NCBI RefSeq assembly: GCF_018350175.1
Contig: NC_058373.1
Location: 106,828,001-106,892,000, forward strand
Length of the DNA stretch: 64,000 nt
Direction: 5' to 3'
Source: Felis catus
Taxonomy: Eukaryota
A program made the translations under genes and the position numbers. Shown here one piece after another: positions 48,945 to 61,884 of this stretch (position 1 is its first letter; each line of letters starts with the position of its first letter). The notes beneath the pieces were generated by a model that did not search any database, was not told the DNA's origin, and saw only the letters and a program-made list of their open reading frames with translations.

Positions 48945-50969
48945 TTTGCTTAGCATATTTTGCCCACCCCAAAGTCCTCTATATTATGACATCTCCATTA
49001 CTGAGTTTCTGGTTTTGATTAATCTCTTGGTGACATCATTTTGGCTTTAAATAGGTTGTTCATGAATGGTACATGGATGATACTTGTTTAATGCTGTCAT
49101 AGTTGATGATACCTTTTCTATTACCTTCACATATAAATGCCAGCTTTGCTGGGTATAGAATTCTGGGAATATTCCCCTTTACTCTCAACCATGACTTCAT
49201 TATTGCATATCATGTGACAAGTTTGAGGCCAGCCTGATTTGCTTTTGTTTTTTGGTATGTTTCACTTTTCTGAATTTGTATATTCTTGAAATTCATTATC
49301 AAATTATACTTTGGTGTTGGTCATTTCTACTAAAATTATCTAGTATTTGATGAACATTTTAAATCATCAAATTTTCCCTCAGTTTAGGATTAATTTCTCT
49401 TTTCTTTGAAGTTTATTCTCCAGTATTTGATTTTCTTTTTATAATGTACTAATTAAATTGTTAGATCTACATTCTTTGTATCTTTAATCTACCCACTTTC
49501 ATCTCTTTATTCTTATCTGCATACAGGATGATTTTTCTCCTGTTTTGAATTTTACCCCTTGCAGGTTGTTTTCTATAGGTTTTCTGTTTATTATTGTTTT
49601 TCATGCCATTTAAAATACTACAATAATTTTTGCCTCTTAAATTTCTTTCCTTAGCTCTATTAATATTTTTTATACTCTAGTTTCTTATTTTTCATACATG
49701 TTTGTTCTCTTACCGATCTAGAGGGCACAAGTCCAAAATCATTTGCAGTGGGCCAGAGTCAAGGTGTTGGCAGGAATGTGTTCACTCTGGAGGCTTTAGG
49801 GAAGAATGCAGCATTCCTTGGATTGTAGCCATATATCACTGTAATCTTCAGTGCCAGCATCTTCAAATCTCTCTTTGCTCTATCTTCACATCACTTCTCT
49901 GTGACAATTCTTCCACTGTCTTTCTCTTACAAGGACCCTTGTGATTGCATTTAGGGACCCCAGTATAATCCAAAATAATTACCCCATTGCAAGTTTCTTA
50001 ACACACCTGCAAAGATTTTCCAAATAATGTAATATTTATAGGATTTGGACCTGGTATCGTTGGAAGCCATTATTCAGCCTATTACAGATATATTTTGTTT
50101 TGCTACATTGAGATGAGGTGACCACTCATGAAATAACAGATTAGAGTTCATCCTCATGGATTATATGCTGTTACCATCATAGTAGATATTGTCCTCTTTA
50201 TCAAATGATACAAGCTCAGATGCCGTGTGGTCAATAAAAAGTAGTAGGGCCTCTGAAGAATGCATGTTGTTCAGGGAAGGGGCTAACCATAAATGTGAAG
50301 GTCAAATTCAGGCTACCAGCTTGTAGTCCTACAACTGTTGGTGACTGTTTTTCTCTTTTTTCTTTTTTTGTTTTTTGTTTGAATTTGGTTTTGGTGTTTG
50401 TGTGTTTTCTTTTTTCATTCTCTACAAGTTGATTTTTCTGTTATAAAATAATCTTTGTCTCATAACCTTCATCTTGGTATTGAGAATAAAAGTTTTTAAA
50501 TAGGATTCATCAGCATGGTTTTAGATTGAAGTATTAATTTACTAATGCCATTTACCTAAGTATTCCTAAAACTTTAGGCTTCTCACTTCTACATTTCTCA
50601 ATGTAGAATTACCTTGTTCTGAGAATGGTTTATCTTTCACTTAATTTATCAATGTTTATTTATCAATGAAGAGAGTTAGAAATTAAGTGAAAGGATTTGT
50701 CCAAAGTCACATATTGGATACATCCACAACTTTTCAGTTTAATCTTATGAAAGGTATTTCCATTTACAGACATAAAACGGGTGTCTCCTTATTATTAAAT
50801 TGGATAAGTGGGCAATTTCTCAAGTTCTTTTTACTTTATGTACAGGATTTTGTTTTTCTAGATTATTTTTAAGAAGGAGATTACGTAAGAGATAATGACA
50901 AGTCATAGAGATGAACTTAGTTTTAAACCATAGAAAGTATATGTTTGCGTGGCTGGGTTTTTCATTAAT
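48832..50969. repeat. Inverted repeat pair: 48832-48932 and 50869-50969 (101 bp, 1 mismatch, 1936-bp spacer)
   Basis: Base-by-base reverse-complement comparison done by hand. Confidence 0.95.
49700..50086 (-). mobile_element. MaLR LTR remnant (MLT1-like)
   Basis: aagtccaaaatca...tcaaggtgttggcagg...tctggaggctttagggaagaat...aaggacccttgtgattgcatt...cattattcagcctattaca. Confidence 0.75.
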
Positions 50970-51448
50970 AAAGTATGAGTGTATACTTTGAGTCCTTGTG
51001 TATCTGTTCTGTTTCCCTTTCCTCCTATGTATATTAATAATAGTTTCGAAGCCAGCATAAAATGAGAAAAGGGCTTAGGTTTAAGCCTTGAATGTCAACA
51101 TTTAATGGCTTGGAAAATGAAGATGGGTCTGCAAAGGGAACAAGGATGGAAAAGCTAAGGGCAGGAGGAAAGCTGGGAGTGTGTAGCCTCTTGAAAAACC
51201 AGTGGGAAATTGGAAGAGGGAGTGTTGAAAGCTTTTGTAAGAAATCAATCAAATGAGGACTAAAAATGTCCATTGTAATAAGCAACTTGGAGAAGTTTAT
51301 TTTGGTGGAATGGTCAGACAACAGTGTAGAGAGCATCAATACTTGTTTTTAAGAAGATGAACTGCAAAGGGAAGAAAAAGGCAGATGAGCAGCTAGAGGG
51401 GCAGGAGTCACGTAAAGACTTATTAGTAATGGGTGGCATTTGAGTATC

Positions 51449-51918
51449 TTTTTTTTTTTATTTTTTTTTAACGTTTATTTATTTTTGAGGCAGAGAGAGA
51501 CAGAGCATGAACAAGGGAGGGTCAGAGAGAGAGTGAGACACAGAATCTGAAGCAGGCTCCAGGCTCCGAGCTGTCAGCACAGAGCCCAACGCGGGGCTCG
51601 AACTCACAGACCATGAGATCATGACCTGAGCCGAAGTCGGAAGCTCAACCGACTGAGCCACCCAGGCGCCCCTTGAGTATCTTTAAAAGTTGTAATCCAG
51701 GGGCACCTGGGTGGCTCAGTCAGTTAAGTGTCTGACTTTGGTTCAGGTCATGATCTCGCGGTTTGTGGGTTCCAGCCCCGCGTCAGACTTTGTGCTGACA
51801 GTTCAGAGCCTGGATCCTGCTTCAGATGCTGTGTGTGTGTGTGTCTCTCTCTGCCTCTCCCCAACTCACACACTGTCTCTCTCTCAAAAATAAATAAACG
51901 TTAAAAAAAAAAAAAAAA
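51449..51918. mobile_element. Divergent CanSINE pair: 51449-51672 (-) and 51700-51918 (+)
   Basis: TSDs ttgagtatcttt and aaaagttgta(a/c)tcca abut within the 27-bp spacer. Confidence 0.93.
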
Positions 51919-52777
51919 GTTGTACTCCAATTGAGAGAGGTTGAATATAAAGAGGATAATAGTGTAAGGTTCCAGAGAAGACATGTAAGTAGTGTAAGAT
52001 TCCTTTGAAGCATGGGCTTTAAAGCTCTAGTAGAGGGATTTATGTTAAGTGAGAGCATAGAGTCCTCTTTTGTAACAGAAAGGTATGAGGATAGGATGGG
52101 TATAGATATGGGTGGGTTTGTATGTTTGGAATTAACAAGATGAGGAAAGACCTGAGTTCTAAAAGAATTTCTTGAGGTGATCTCATGTATAGGTTTGTTT
52201 TCTCTGTAGTCTCTGATTGGCTATTCATTGAAATTTTTAGTTCAATAATAGTTTTTGATTTCCATGAACCTACTTTCAGAGTGCCTTTTGTTTTTTTGTT
52301 TGTTTTTTTAATTGACAGCCTGCAGTTTTTATTCATTCAGTGACCTCTCATACCTTGTATGTTGATGGGTAGTTTCCAATTTGGAGCTAATGAATATTGA
52401 GGTACTCCCATTCTCCCTGTAACTTGTGAATCTTTAAAAATATATCCCCTAACTTTTCTTTGCTCATATTTTATTAAGCCTGAGTATTTGAGATTTGCTT
52501 TGCCAGAAATTTAATTGTTCACTGTTGTTTTCTCTCTGTCCCAGACAAAAAAAAAAAACACCGAAGTTTAGATTTCTTGCCTTTTTTCCTTTTCTCTTTA
52601 CCTTTCCTTTGTTTGTTTGTTTGTTTTGGTCATTTATCTTTGGTAGGATAGAAGGTTAGAAGACAAGTTAGAATAGGCAGAGGAAGAAATGGCACTTAAG
52701 GAAGTTTCAGCTTTATTCTGACAGCCTCCCCTGCCTATGTGCTTTGTGTTTTGTCTTTAAAAAGCCTATGTTTCTTT

Positions 52778-54801
52778 GGCGCCTGTGTGGCTTAGTCAGT
52801 TAAGCGTCCGACTTCTGCTCAGGTCATGATCTCATGGTTCGTGAGTTCAAGCCCCGTGTGGGGTTCTGTGTTGACAGCTCGGAGCCTGGAGCCTGCTTCA
52901 GATTCTGTGTCTCCCTTTCTGCTTCTCCCCTCCTCAGACTCTGTCTCTTTCTCTCTCTCTAAAAAAAATAAACATTAATAAAAATAAAAAGTCTATGTTT
53001 TTAGGTTTCCATTACTTCATTTGCAAGTACACAGGATAGCATGTGTAGAATTGGAGTAAAAGTCCAAAACCTAGGTCCTATTTCTCAGCCTTTACTGCAG
53101 AACTAGCTTTGTGGCCTTGAGCAAATCATTCTATTTCTTGGTGCTTTCTCATTTGTAAAATAGGTTTGGACAGATAATTTCTACCTTTTGGCTCTGATGA
53201 GTTATACAAGTTAATCAAAATCAAATTTGTAAATATAAATATGTGTGATTATTTTTTAAAGTAAATGAGATGAGAAATTTCAGACTCCCAATGAGAGAAA
53301 AAATATCCAAAGATTAACTTTTTTCCCTCAAATTGGTAAAAAGTTTTTTCATTCATTCATTCATTCATTCATTCATTCATTTATTTTGAGAGAGAGAGAG
53401 GAGAGGGGGAGAGAGAGCAGGAGAGGGGCAGAGAGAGAGGGAGAAGGAGAGAGAATCTTCTACAGGCTCCACGCCCAGCATGGAGCCCAACAACATGGAA
53501 CTCTACCCAGGGCTCAATCTCATGACTGTGAGATCCTGACCTGAGCCAAAATCAAGAGTTGGCCACTTACTCCACTGAGCCACTCAGGCGCCCCTCATGC
53601 ACTTATTTATCATTACCATAGATAATTTTGAGGTGACTGCCTTGTGTTACAAAATATAATTTATGAATTACCATGTCTCATAGTGTAGGAAGTTAAAAGT
53701 AGTTTGTGTACCCTAAATTATCCTTTATAGCAGATATACGTCCACAAGGAATCTGTGTTTCTTTATTGAACCCCAGCTGTGGAATATATTGCTTAATATT
53801 CTGTTATTTAGTAAATGTGCATTTCCAGGGTCAGCTGAGCATTTGTCCTCTTCTTTGACAAAATCTATAGATAAGCATTAGTGGGCAATGTAGAATATGC
53901 TAAATATTTGGTAGTGGTAGAGGGTTTACTTCCCATATCTCACTGCAAATGACTTGAATTTTGCCATGTTTTATACACTGCTACCAGTTAGTGTTCCATT
54001 TTTTCCCTCTTCCCCCAAGGAGCTTCTAATCTTTCTTGTATATAATCCCTCTGGATCCCCCCTAATCTTTAAAATATAATTTCTTCACATTGTTTACATA
54101 TGTGTATTTTGATTTCTGTGTATGGAGCCCACTTACTATGTGTCCATAGGTAAACAAAAAAAACCACAGTTTTTTTATTAAAAGACTACCCGAACGGTCA
54201 CTTGAAAAACTCTTGTTTCTGGACTAGTATGTTGCTTAAGGATCTTAACAGTTGAATATATAGAGCTTTTATGGGGAGGAGGGGAGGATTTATGAGCAGA
54301 TTAAACCAAATGACAAGGTTTATTAAGAGTTTATGCTGTCATTATAAGATCCGTTTTTCTTAATAAAAGCCAATGGATGGACTTTAATGAATTATTTCCT
54401 GGCTCAGCCTTAGAATTTTTCAGTTTAGGAGTTAGTTTTTAAAAAGACAAAAAATATTCACCAAATTTTCTGATTATATCAAAGATGAATACAGTCTTGT
54501 GATTGTCATAAAACTGTTTTGAAAAGTTCAGATCAACTGATAAGCTAGTGTTGTGGTGAGATCTAGTCAGCATGTGTGCAGAGTAGATTTAAGATGAGGT
54601 GAGGGGTACCTGGGTGGCTCAGTCAGGTGAGCATCTGACTCTTGATTTTTGGCTCAGGCCATGATCTCACAGTTAGTGAGATCAAGCCCCTCCTTGGACT
54701 CTGCTTTGAGCATTGAACCTGCTTGGGATTCTCTCCTTGTCTCTCTGCCCCTCTCCCACACTCACTAGTGTTCTCTCTCAAATAAATAAACATAAAAAAA
54801 A
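52778..54801. mobile_element. Three CanSINEs: 52778-52990 (+), 53345-53595 (-, (TTCA)n tail), 54603-54801 (+); MIR remnant at ~53030-53230
   Basis: Typical SINE bodies. TSDs aaaag(c/t)ctatgttt and aagatgaggtgag. Confidence 0.85.
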
Positions 54802-57547
54802 GATGAGGTGAGAACTAGAATTTCTCTCAGAAACTAGCTTAAGCTTTCATTGGCATATTGAATCCCCTTGGAATTTACTATTTCTAGATTTATGCCATTT
54901 TAATAATTTGACTACATAATTAGTAAGTAGTCCACTTCTGGAAGATGATTATGTAAACATAGTATTTATAAGAAAATATATTTCTGGTATTAATTTACAT
55001 AACCATCTGCTGTATTTATGTAGCTATTGTTAGCTGGTTCACTAGGATTCTACAAATTACTCAAAATTCCAGGAGGTAAGATTTCTAAATTGCCTGTTTT
55101 TGCTATGTGAAAGTCCAACCACAAAACTTTGAATGTGTCCTTGACCCATATTTTTATATTTATGATTGAGCAGGACCTAAAATTTTATCAGATGGTTGAC
55201 GTGGTTTGTTACATTTTTACATTTCTAACATGTATATTTCAAACATATATATATTTCAACATATATATGTTAGAATATATATTCTAACATATATTTCAAA
55301 AGTTTGGGTTTTGTTTTTAGAACTTTTACCCTATTTGTCTTCAAAAAATTATTTACTTTGTAATTTCATACATATATATCTGGAAAATAACTATTGGACT
55401 TTTCTATAAAAGAGTAAGTTCCCTTTTAGGTAATATCAGAATCTAAATGTGACTGTGTGTGTCAGAATGTAGTAATAATTAAATACTTTGTTTGCTGAGT
55501 GCCTCATTTAAACCTCAAAGCAACATTCAGAGGTAAGTATAAATGTGTCCATTGTATAGAGAAGAAATGCTAGATTAGTAAATATCAAACATCTTAACTA
55601 TTTATCTCCCTCCTCCCCTTTAGCTTAGCTAAAGGAATTGAGGTACAGAAATGAGGCAAATTGCTGTTGACTTTCAGCAGATGACTTAACTTTATGATGA
55701 CTCAATCATCATCTAATCACATACCTATCTAGGCGTCCCATCTAATCTTTTCTATGGATACCCAGATGCCTAGGTTCCAACCCTACCCTGGAAATTCTGA
55801 TTTGTTAATTGTTATTTTTCAAAAGGTCCACAGGTAATTCTTTTGTACATCTATCATCAAGACCATTGCCTTAGTAAAATGGTACTTCAGAGTCAGGCTT
55901 GAATTAGAGTCCTGATTCCTCTAAACTTAATCAGTTGAGTGACCTTGGCCAAGTCCTTTAGTCTCATTAAGATTCATCTATAAAGTGAAGGTATTATTAC
56001 TCACTTTAGAGAGTTGTTGAGAATGAATGAATGATTCTTAAACGTTGTCTGCTATTAAGGTGTCATCATTATGTTATCCTTTGTCCAGTCAAAACACTCA
56101 CCCTTGTCATGATATGTATCAAGTTGGTATCTGGTAATCTGATGAATATGAGCATAAGGAATAAATGGCTAGTTTTCATTATTTACCTTCATTAGCGGAA
56201 TTGTAATAAGGGACAGAGGAGTAGGCAGGAGATTGTTTTATCACACCAATCAGTCATACTTCTCTCTTGTGTATTACTTTGGCCCTGATAGGGAAAGAAG
56301 GGGAAAAAGGTTACTGGAAACTATTACCTTCCTGAGGAGTTATTCTTTCCCTTTCTCTCCCATCTTCTTCTGAAAGCTTAGCATCACTGGCATCATCAAT
56401 CCTTTAGTCTCATAACTGCATCCTGATGTACCTAGGTACTTTTCCCTTCCCCCTACTTCCCCTTCCCCCTTTACCTCTATTAAATTTCGTTCTATCCTTT
56501 GTTCAGATTGGTTTGAATTGAGTTGTGACTTATTTGATGACTTGCACCCCAAGTCTCTGCATTCCTAGGCTATTACTCAAGTAGAGGTCGACCTAAATTA
56601 TAACCAACTGTCTCCCTGTGTTGTCTGGGTCCATTCCAGACCAGGGTTTGTAGTTACTGGTTCTTGGGAAAGGATTAGATTAGCTAAGCCTTCAGGCTTG
56701 TCCACATGGCTGTTTCTAGACCCTCTAATCTCCTTTACTATTTATAACTAAGGGTCATAGAGTATAATAATAATGATACATGTTATTACCATTAAATTAA
56801 TACATCAGTAGATTATAGTAGGTTGATTTTGTCTGTGTAACAAGCTTTGCTATATGTATGATAATCGCTTTGCACTTTGACAGTTGAGGCTGTACTACTT
56901 ATAGTAATTTAATAACTTAATGGTTTTGTCAAAGACTGAAAAACCTATGGAAATGGTAGAATTTGCAGTAAACTTTAAAAGATGGATGTACTTTTCTCAA
57001 TAAGTAGGGAGGAGGGGAAGGGGATTCCAGTTAGGGGAACTAACATGAGCAAAGGCTTGAAGGAGTGTGCAAATTTGGACCATTGTGAGTAGATCATTTT
57101 TTACTTTTTCAGAGAGTTCATGTAGTAGCAATAAAACTATAGATAGTTCAGAATTAAACTGGAAAATCCTGAATCTTCAACCAAGATGTTTGAATTAGTA
57201 GGCTTTTGGTATGTTGTGAATTCATTTGGCTTTTTCTTGATTAATATACACATACAACTTAGGTCTGAGATTTCCTAAGAGATTCACCTGTTTATTGCAT
57301 TCTTAAACACTTGGCCTGGCTCTAATAAGCTGATGACTACTGCCAGATCTCTTTGCTACCTCAAATGGTTGTGCCTCATGGGGGCAGTGTCAGGTCAGCT
57401 ACCTTTATCCTGATGCTTTAGTTCTATTTGCCTGGTTCTAAGCTGTGCCTGATCAGCCTTTCCCCCAACTCTTTCCTGTTAATCTCCAGGTTCCACATCA
57501 GCAACACAATGTCTGCTTATAAGAGTTGTGATTTCTAAATCTCTCTC

Positions 57548-57860
57548 TTTTTTTTTAAGTAAACCCTACGCCCAACGTACGGCTTGAACTCACGACCCAG
57601 TGACTGAGCCAATCAGCTGGGCATCTAAGAGTTGTGATTTCCTGGGTGCCTGGGTGGCTCATTTGGTTAAGTGTCCCATTCTTGGTTTTGGCTCAGGTCA
57701 TGATGTTGAGGTCTGTGAGTTCAAACACCAGTGCGGTTTGAGCCCCAGTCCTCTGTACTGGCAGTGCAAAGCCTGCTTGGGATTCTTTCTCTCCCTCTCT
57801 CTCTCTGCCCCTCCCCTGCTCTTGCTGTCTCTCTCATAATAAATAAACTTTTTTTAAAAA
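57548..57860. mobile_element. Short antisense SINE fragment (57548-57625) and a sense CanSINE (57643-57860)
   Basis: The target agttgtgatttc occurs three times (~57524, 57630, 57862). Confidence 0.8.
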
Positions 57861-57917
57861 AAGTTGTGATTTCTTATTTAAAGGTTTGTCTCCTTCACTC
57901 TTAAAAAGGTTGTTGGA

Positions 57918-58150
57918 GGGGCGCCTGGGTGGCGCAGTCAGTTGAGCGTCCGACTTCAGCCAGGTCACGATCTTGCGGTCCGTGAGTTCGAGCCCCGCGT
58001 CAGGCTCTGGGCTGATGGCTCGGAGCCTGGAGCCTGTTTCCGATTCTGTGTCTCCCTCTCTCTCTGTCCCTCCCCCGTTCATGCTCTGTCTCTCTCTGTC
58101 CCAAAAATAAATAAAAACGTTGAAAAAAAAATTTAAAAAAAAAAAAAAAA
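57918..58150 (+). mobile_element. Young felid CanSINE just upstream of the exon 2 acceptor
   Basis: Near-consensus and CpG-rich, with a long A tail. Perfect TSD aaaaaggttgttgga. Confidence 0.95.
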
Positions 58151-58235
58151 GGTTGTTGGATATGTATTTTGTGTGTGAGATAGTTATTAACTTTCCTGTT
58201 TCTCTTCCTTTGCAGACCTAGAATATCAAGACATA

Positions 58236-59069
58236 ATGGGAGCATTTTTAGACAAGCCAAAGATGGAAAAACATAATGCCCAGGGGCAGGGTAATGGGTT
58301 GCGATATGGGCTAAGCAGCATGCAAGGTTGGCGAGTTGAAATGGAGGATGCACATACGGCTGTGATCGGTTTGCCAAGTGGACTTGAAACATGGTCATTC
58401 TTTGCTGTGTATGATGGGCATGCTGGTTCTCAGGTTGCCAAATACTGCTGTGAGCATTTGCTAGATCACATCACCAATAACCAGGATTTTAAAGGGTCTG
58501 CAGGAGCACCTTCTGTGGAAAATGTAAAGAATGGAATCAGAACAGGTTTTCTGGAGATTGATGAACACATGAGAGTTATGTCAGAGAAGAAACATGGTGC
58601 AGATAGAAGTGGGTCAACAGCTGTGGGTGTCTTAATTTCTCCTCAACATACTTATTTCATTAACTGTGGAGACTCGAGAGGTTTACTTTGTAGGAACAGG
58701 AAAGTTCACTTCTTCACACAAGATCACAAACCAAGTAATCCTCTGGAAAAAGAACGAATTCAGAATGCAGGTGGTTCTGTAATGATTCAGCGTGTGAATG
58801 GCTCTCTGGCTGTATCGAGGGCCCTTGGGGACTTTGATTACAAATGTGTCCATGGAAAAGGTCCTACAGAGCAGCTTGTCTCACCAGAGCCCGAAGTCCA
58901 TGATATTGAAAGATCTGAAGAAGATGATCAGTTCATTATCCTTGCATGTGATGGTATTTGGGATGTTATGGGAAATGAAGAGCTCTGTGATTTTGTAAGA
59001 TCCAGACTTGAAGTCACTGATGACCTTGAGAAAGTTTGCAATGAAGTAGTCGACACCTGTTTGTATAAG
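58236..59069 (+). CDS. PPM1A: PPM1A (protein phosphatase Mg2+/Mn2+-dependent 1A, PP2C-alpha), coding part of exon 2, codons 1-278
   Basis: Translation [25 protein letters not shown]...VVDTCLYK has the PP2C motifs RVEMED, VYDGHAG (D60), NCGDSR and ILACDGIWD (D239). Acceptor is a polypyrimidine tract ending tttgcag|ACCTAG, so the exon starts at 58216. Donor is AAG|gtagct at 59069/59070, phase 0 (834 coding nt). Confidence 0.98.
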
Positions 59070-61267
59070 GTAGCTAGACTTTCTTTTAAAAGATAAAAAT
59101 GATTTTATGTCATCTTAATTATTACTCTAGTATTTAATCATTTTAGAAACTATAGTTCTCAGAAATAAGTTTTTGGCACAAAAACTGCAGGATACTCTTT
59201 ACCAATTAGGAAAATTTAGGAACATTTTTTAGAAATAAATTACCAAGTATGCAAGAGTTATGATCTGAATGGTCTTTTACTAACCATTACTACTTGAGTC
59301 TTTCAGTATTGTGGAAGATTATCAAAGGCAAAAAGATCACATCAGAGTGCATGTTTTAAAAGGAAAGGGAGGGTTAGGCCTTTGTCTATAATTGAAAAGC
59401 ATTTTAGAATTCTAATATTTTATTTTTATCATGTGATATCTCAGTATATTCATGGATGTACTTTGAGACTATGGTGTAATGAATCTGTAGCACCAGCAAA
59501 GAATTTAGTGATCATTGGTGTGATGTAATAAGAATAGCCTTGGACATGGAGTCAGAAGAACTTGGTCTGAGACTATGACTTCAGGTAAGCTATTTAAGCT
59601 GTGTGGAAAAAATCAGTTTCTATCATTGTAAAAAAGGTAAGAGAGATTATTATATTGTCACTGGGGTTGTTGGGGAGGATCAAAAGGGGTAATATATATA
59701 GATGAGCCAGGTCAGCCCCTTTATTTTACAGGTGAAGAAGCTGAAGCAAGAGGAAGCACACTTAAGAGTCAGGCCTTGAATCAGGCTTACCTCTGTTACT
59801 TTTGTACTCTACAGTCTTGGACAAAGTGTTCAACCTTTCTCAGCTTTTGAATGGAGATCATAGTATCTAACTCACAGGGCTATTGAGGAATTAAATTTTT
59901 TGTCAGTAGTGTTCATTAACTAATTCTTTGATTTTTCCCCCCCAGCAAATGTTGATTTTATAAAACTGAGGCTACATATTTGATTTTCTTTCAACATGCA
60001 GAAAATGAAAGTCGTCTAATGTTCTGTGTAGTTTTATAAGCATACTGCCAGCTCTACCTAAAATCTTAATTAAAATCTGATCATACTTAGAAATCAGGTT
60101 TATGTAACATCCAATACAAATCAAGTTTATGTAACATCCAACGCATGTTACAAAAAATCAGTAGAGCAACAACTTAATAGTGCACACTGTTAATTTCTGA
60201 ATTTGATGAGAGGCGAACAATGATGAACAGTGATGCTTGTGTTTTTTTGTCCCTTTTAGTATGCATAAAAGTAGTATCCATTTGTTGGTCTTATTCTGTA
60301 CCTCTTGAGAATTAAGTAGTTGTTAGCTAAATTCAAAGCTGTTTTCTTGAGAGAATTATCACATTCAGAAACTAGTAAATTATGACTCAGCTTCCACTTT
60401 ATTTCTTCTGCATTCCACTCCATTTTAAAAATTATTCAGTACCTTATCATTTGCCACATTTTATACTGTTTTTCTCCAAGATTCTTTTTAATATTAAATT
60501 CTTTGTATGGTTTGCCTAAACTAATGTTATAAGGTCAGTTTTCCCATACAGAGGCATCAAATACTTAACATGTAAAAGTTAACTCCAGTTCCCAATAGGA
60601 AGAGGAGTATGGGGAGGCTACCATTGATTCAAGTATTTTAATTATAACATTTTGAATACCTAGGTGTCTTTAAAAGTTAATGTACTTCCTAAAAAGTCAG
60701 TTGTTTTTAACTTATGAAAGTTAAAAACTGTTTTATAAACTATATACATGTATTTTTACTTTTAATTTCATGTTTCTATTATGAAGCAAGTTAATTAGCC
60801 CATAATTTATTATGATTCATTTTAAATATAAATTTGTCAAGCATACATGTAACTACAGATCAAATCCTCTTGTAAGGAATACCACTAGAATTTTCTGTTT
60901 TGTTGAGTGAGTATGTACATGTATTCGGGTTAGGTATCACTGCAAGTTAAGTAGGCCACCAGTAGTAAATGTTCGGCAATATTTTTTTTTTTATAGCATT
61001 TAAAAAAATTATTGTTGCAGTGGAGGTTAACCTGTAGTGTTTCTTCTGTCTTTTGGAGTGTTAGTTATACTGTATACCATACGTACTATTATGTGTATGG
61101 CGGGGGGGGTGCCTCTCCACATATGTGTATTTTTTTCTCCTTAAAAACCGTATGTGTATATGTTTTACTAGAACAAGTATAATTAAAATTGTCGTGGCTA
61201 TAAAGATTCTCAAAGCTTTAAAGAGCAAGAAGAAAGCATAATATTTCTCAAACTTTTTTCTTCCTAG

Positions 61268-61385
61268 GGAAGTCGAGACAACATGAGTGTGATATTGATC
61301 TGTTTTCCAAATGCACCCAAAGTATCACCAGAAGCAGTGAAGAAGGAGGCAGAATTGGACAAGTACCTGGAAAGCAGAGTAGAAG
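61268..61385 (+). CDS. PPM1A: PPM1A exon 3 (118 nt): [39 protein letters not shown]
   Basis: Acceptor ttttttcttcctag|GGA is in frame with exon 2. The exon contains the metal-binding D282 (GSRDN). Donor is GAAG|gtggat. It is too short to appear in the ORF track and was read by hand. Confidence 0.97.
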
Positions 61386-61408
61386 GTGGATCATTTAACA
61401 AAAAATAA
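61386..61408 (+). CDS. PPM1A: Intron 3 read-through tail (G)GSFNKK-stop of the short 324-aa PPM1A isoform
   Basis: The frame continues GGT GGA TCA TTT AAC AAA AAA TAA, with the stop at 61406-61408. 278+39+7 = 324 aa, which matches my recollection of the human alpha-2 isoform C-terminus. Confidence 0.7.
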
Positions 61409-61884
61409 GTAGCTTTCTTAAAGAAAAACCTCAACACAATCAAACTTTAATATTTTAGCTTTTAGACCTTTACATGCCTTTGACATTTAGTGTTTAGTGT
61501 ACAAAGGTGGGAAAGGGCATTTCTGTAGTCACTGTTCAGATGTTTTTGATTGTCCTATCACAGTTATAATAGAAATAAGAACTAATGTGGCGCTGTACGT
61601 TCTGTTCAGGATACTTTTGTTTAAAAAGGCTAAAAAGTGTGTGCTTTAAAATTCTTGATGAATTCACTGGCATGAGTAATTTTATGCCAGGAAAGTCTGA
61701 TTTGTGATTTATTTAATGATGAACAGATTGTTTATGATGGTGATAATTTAAATACCATCTTTCTGTGTAAAGCTATGTATATGAATTTAAGATTTTTAGG
61801 ACTTTTTTTTTTTTCAATAACTTGAAGATCACAGCCTGGTTATTAGCAACTTTCATGTGCCACAGCTTTTAAAAATTTATTTTA

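Noticed and set aside
59070..59096. ORF-track tail VARLSFKR* as a real PPM1A C-terminus
   Set aside because: It is read-through into intron 2 past a phase-0 donor. The product would lack catalytic D282, and exon 3 continues the frame correctly.
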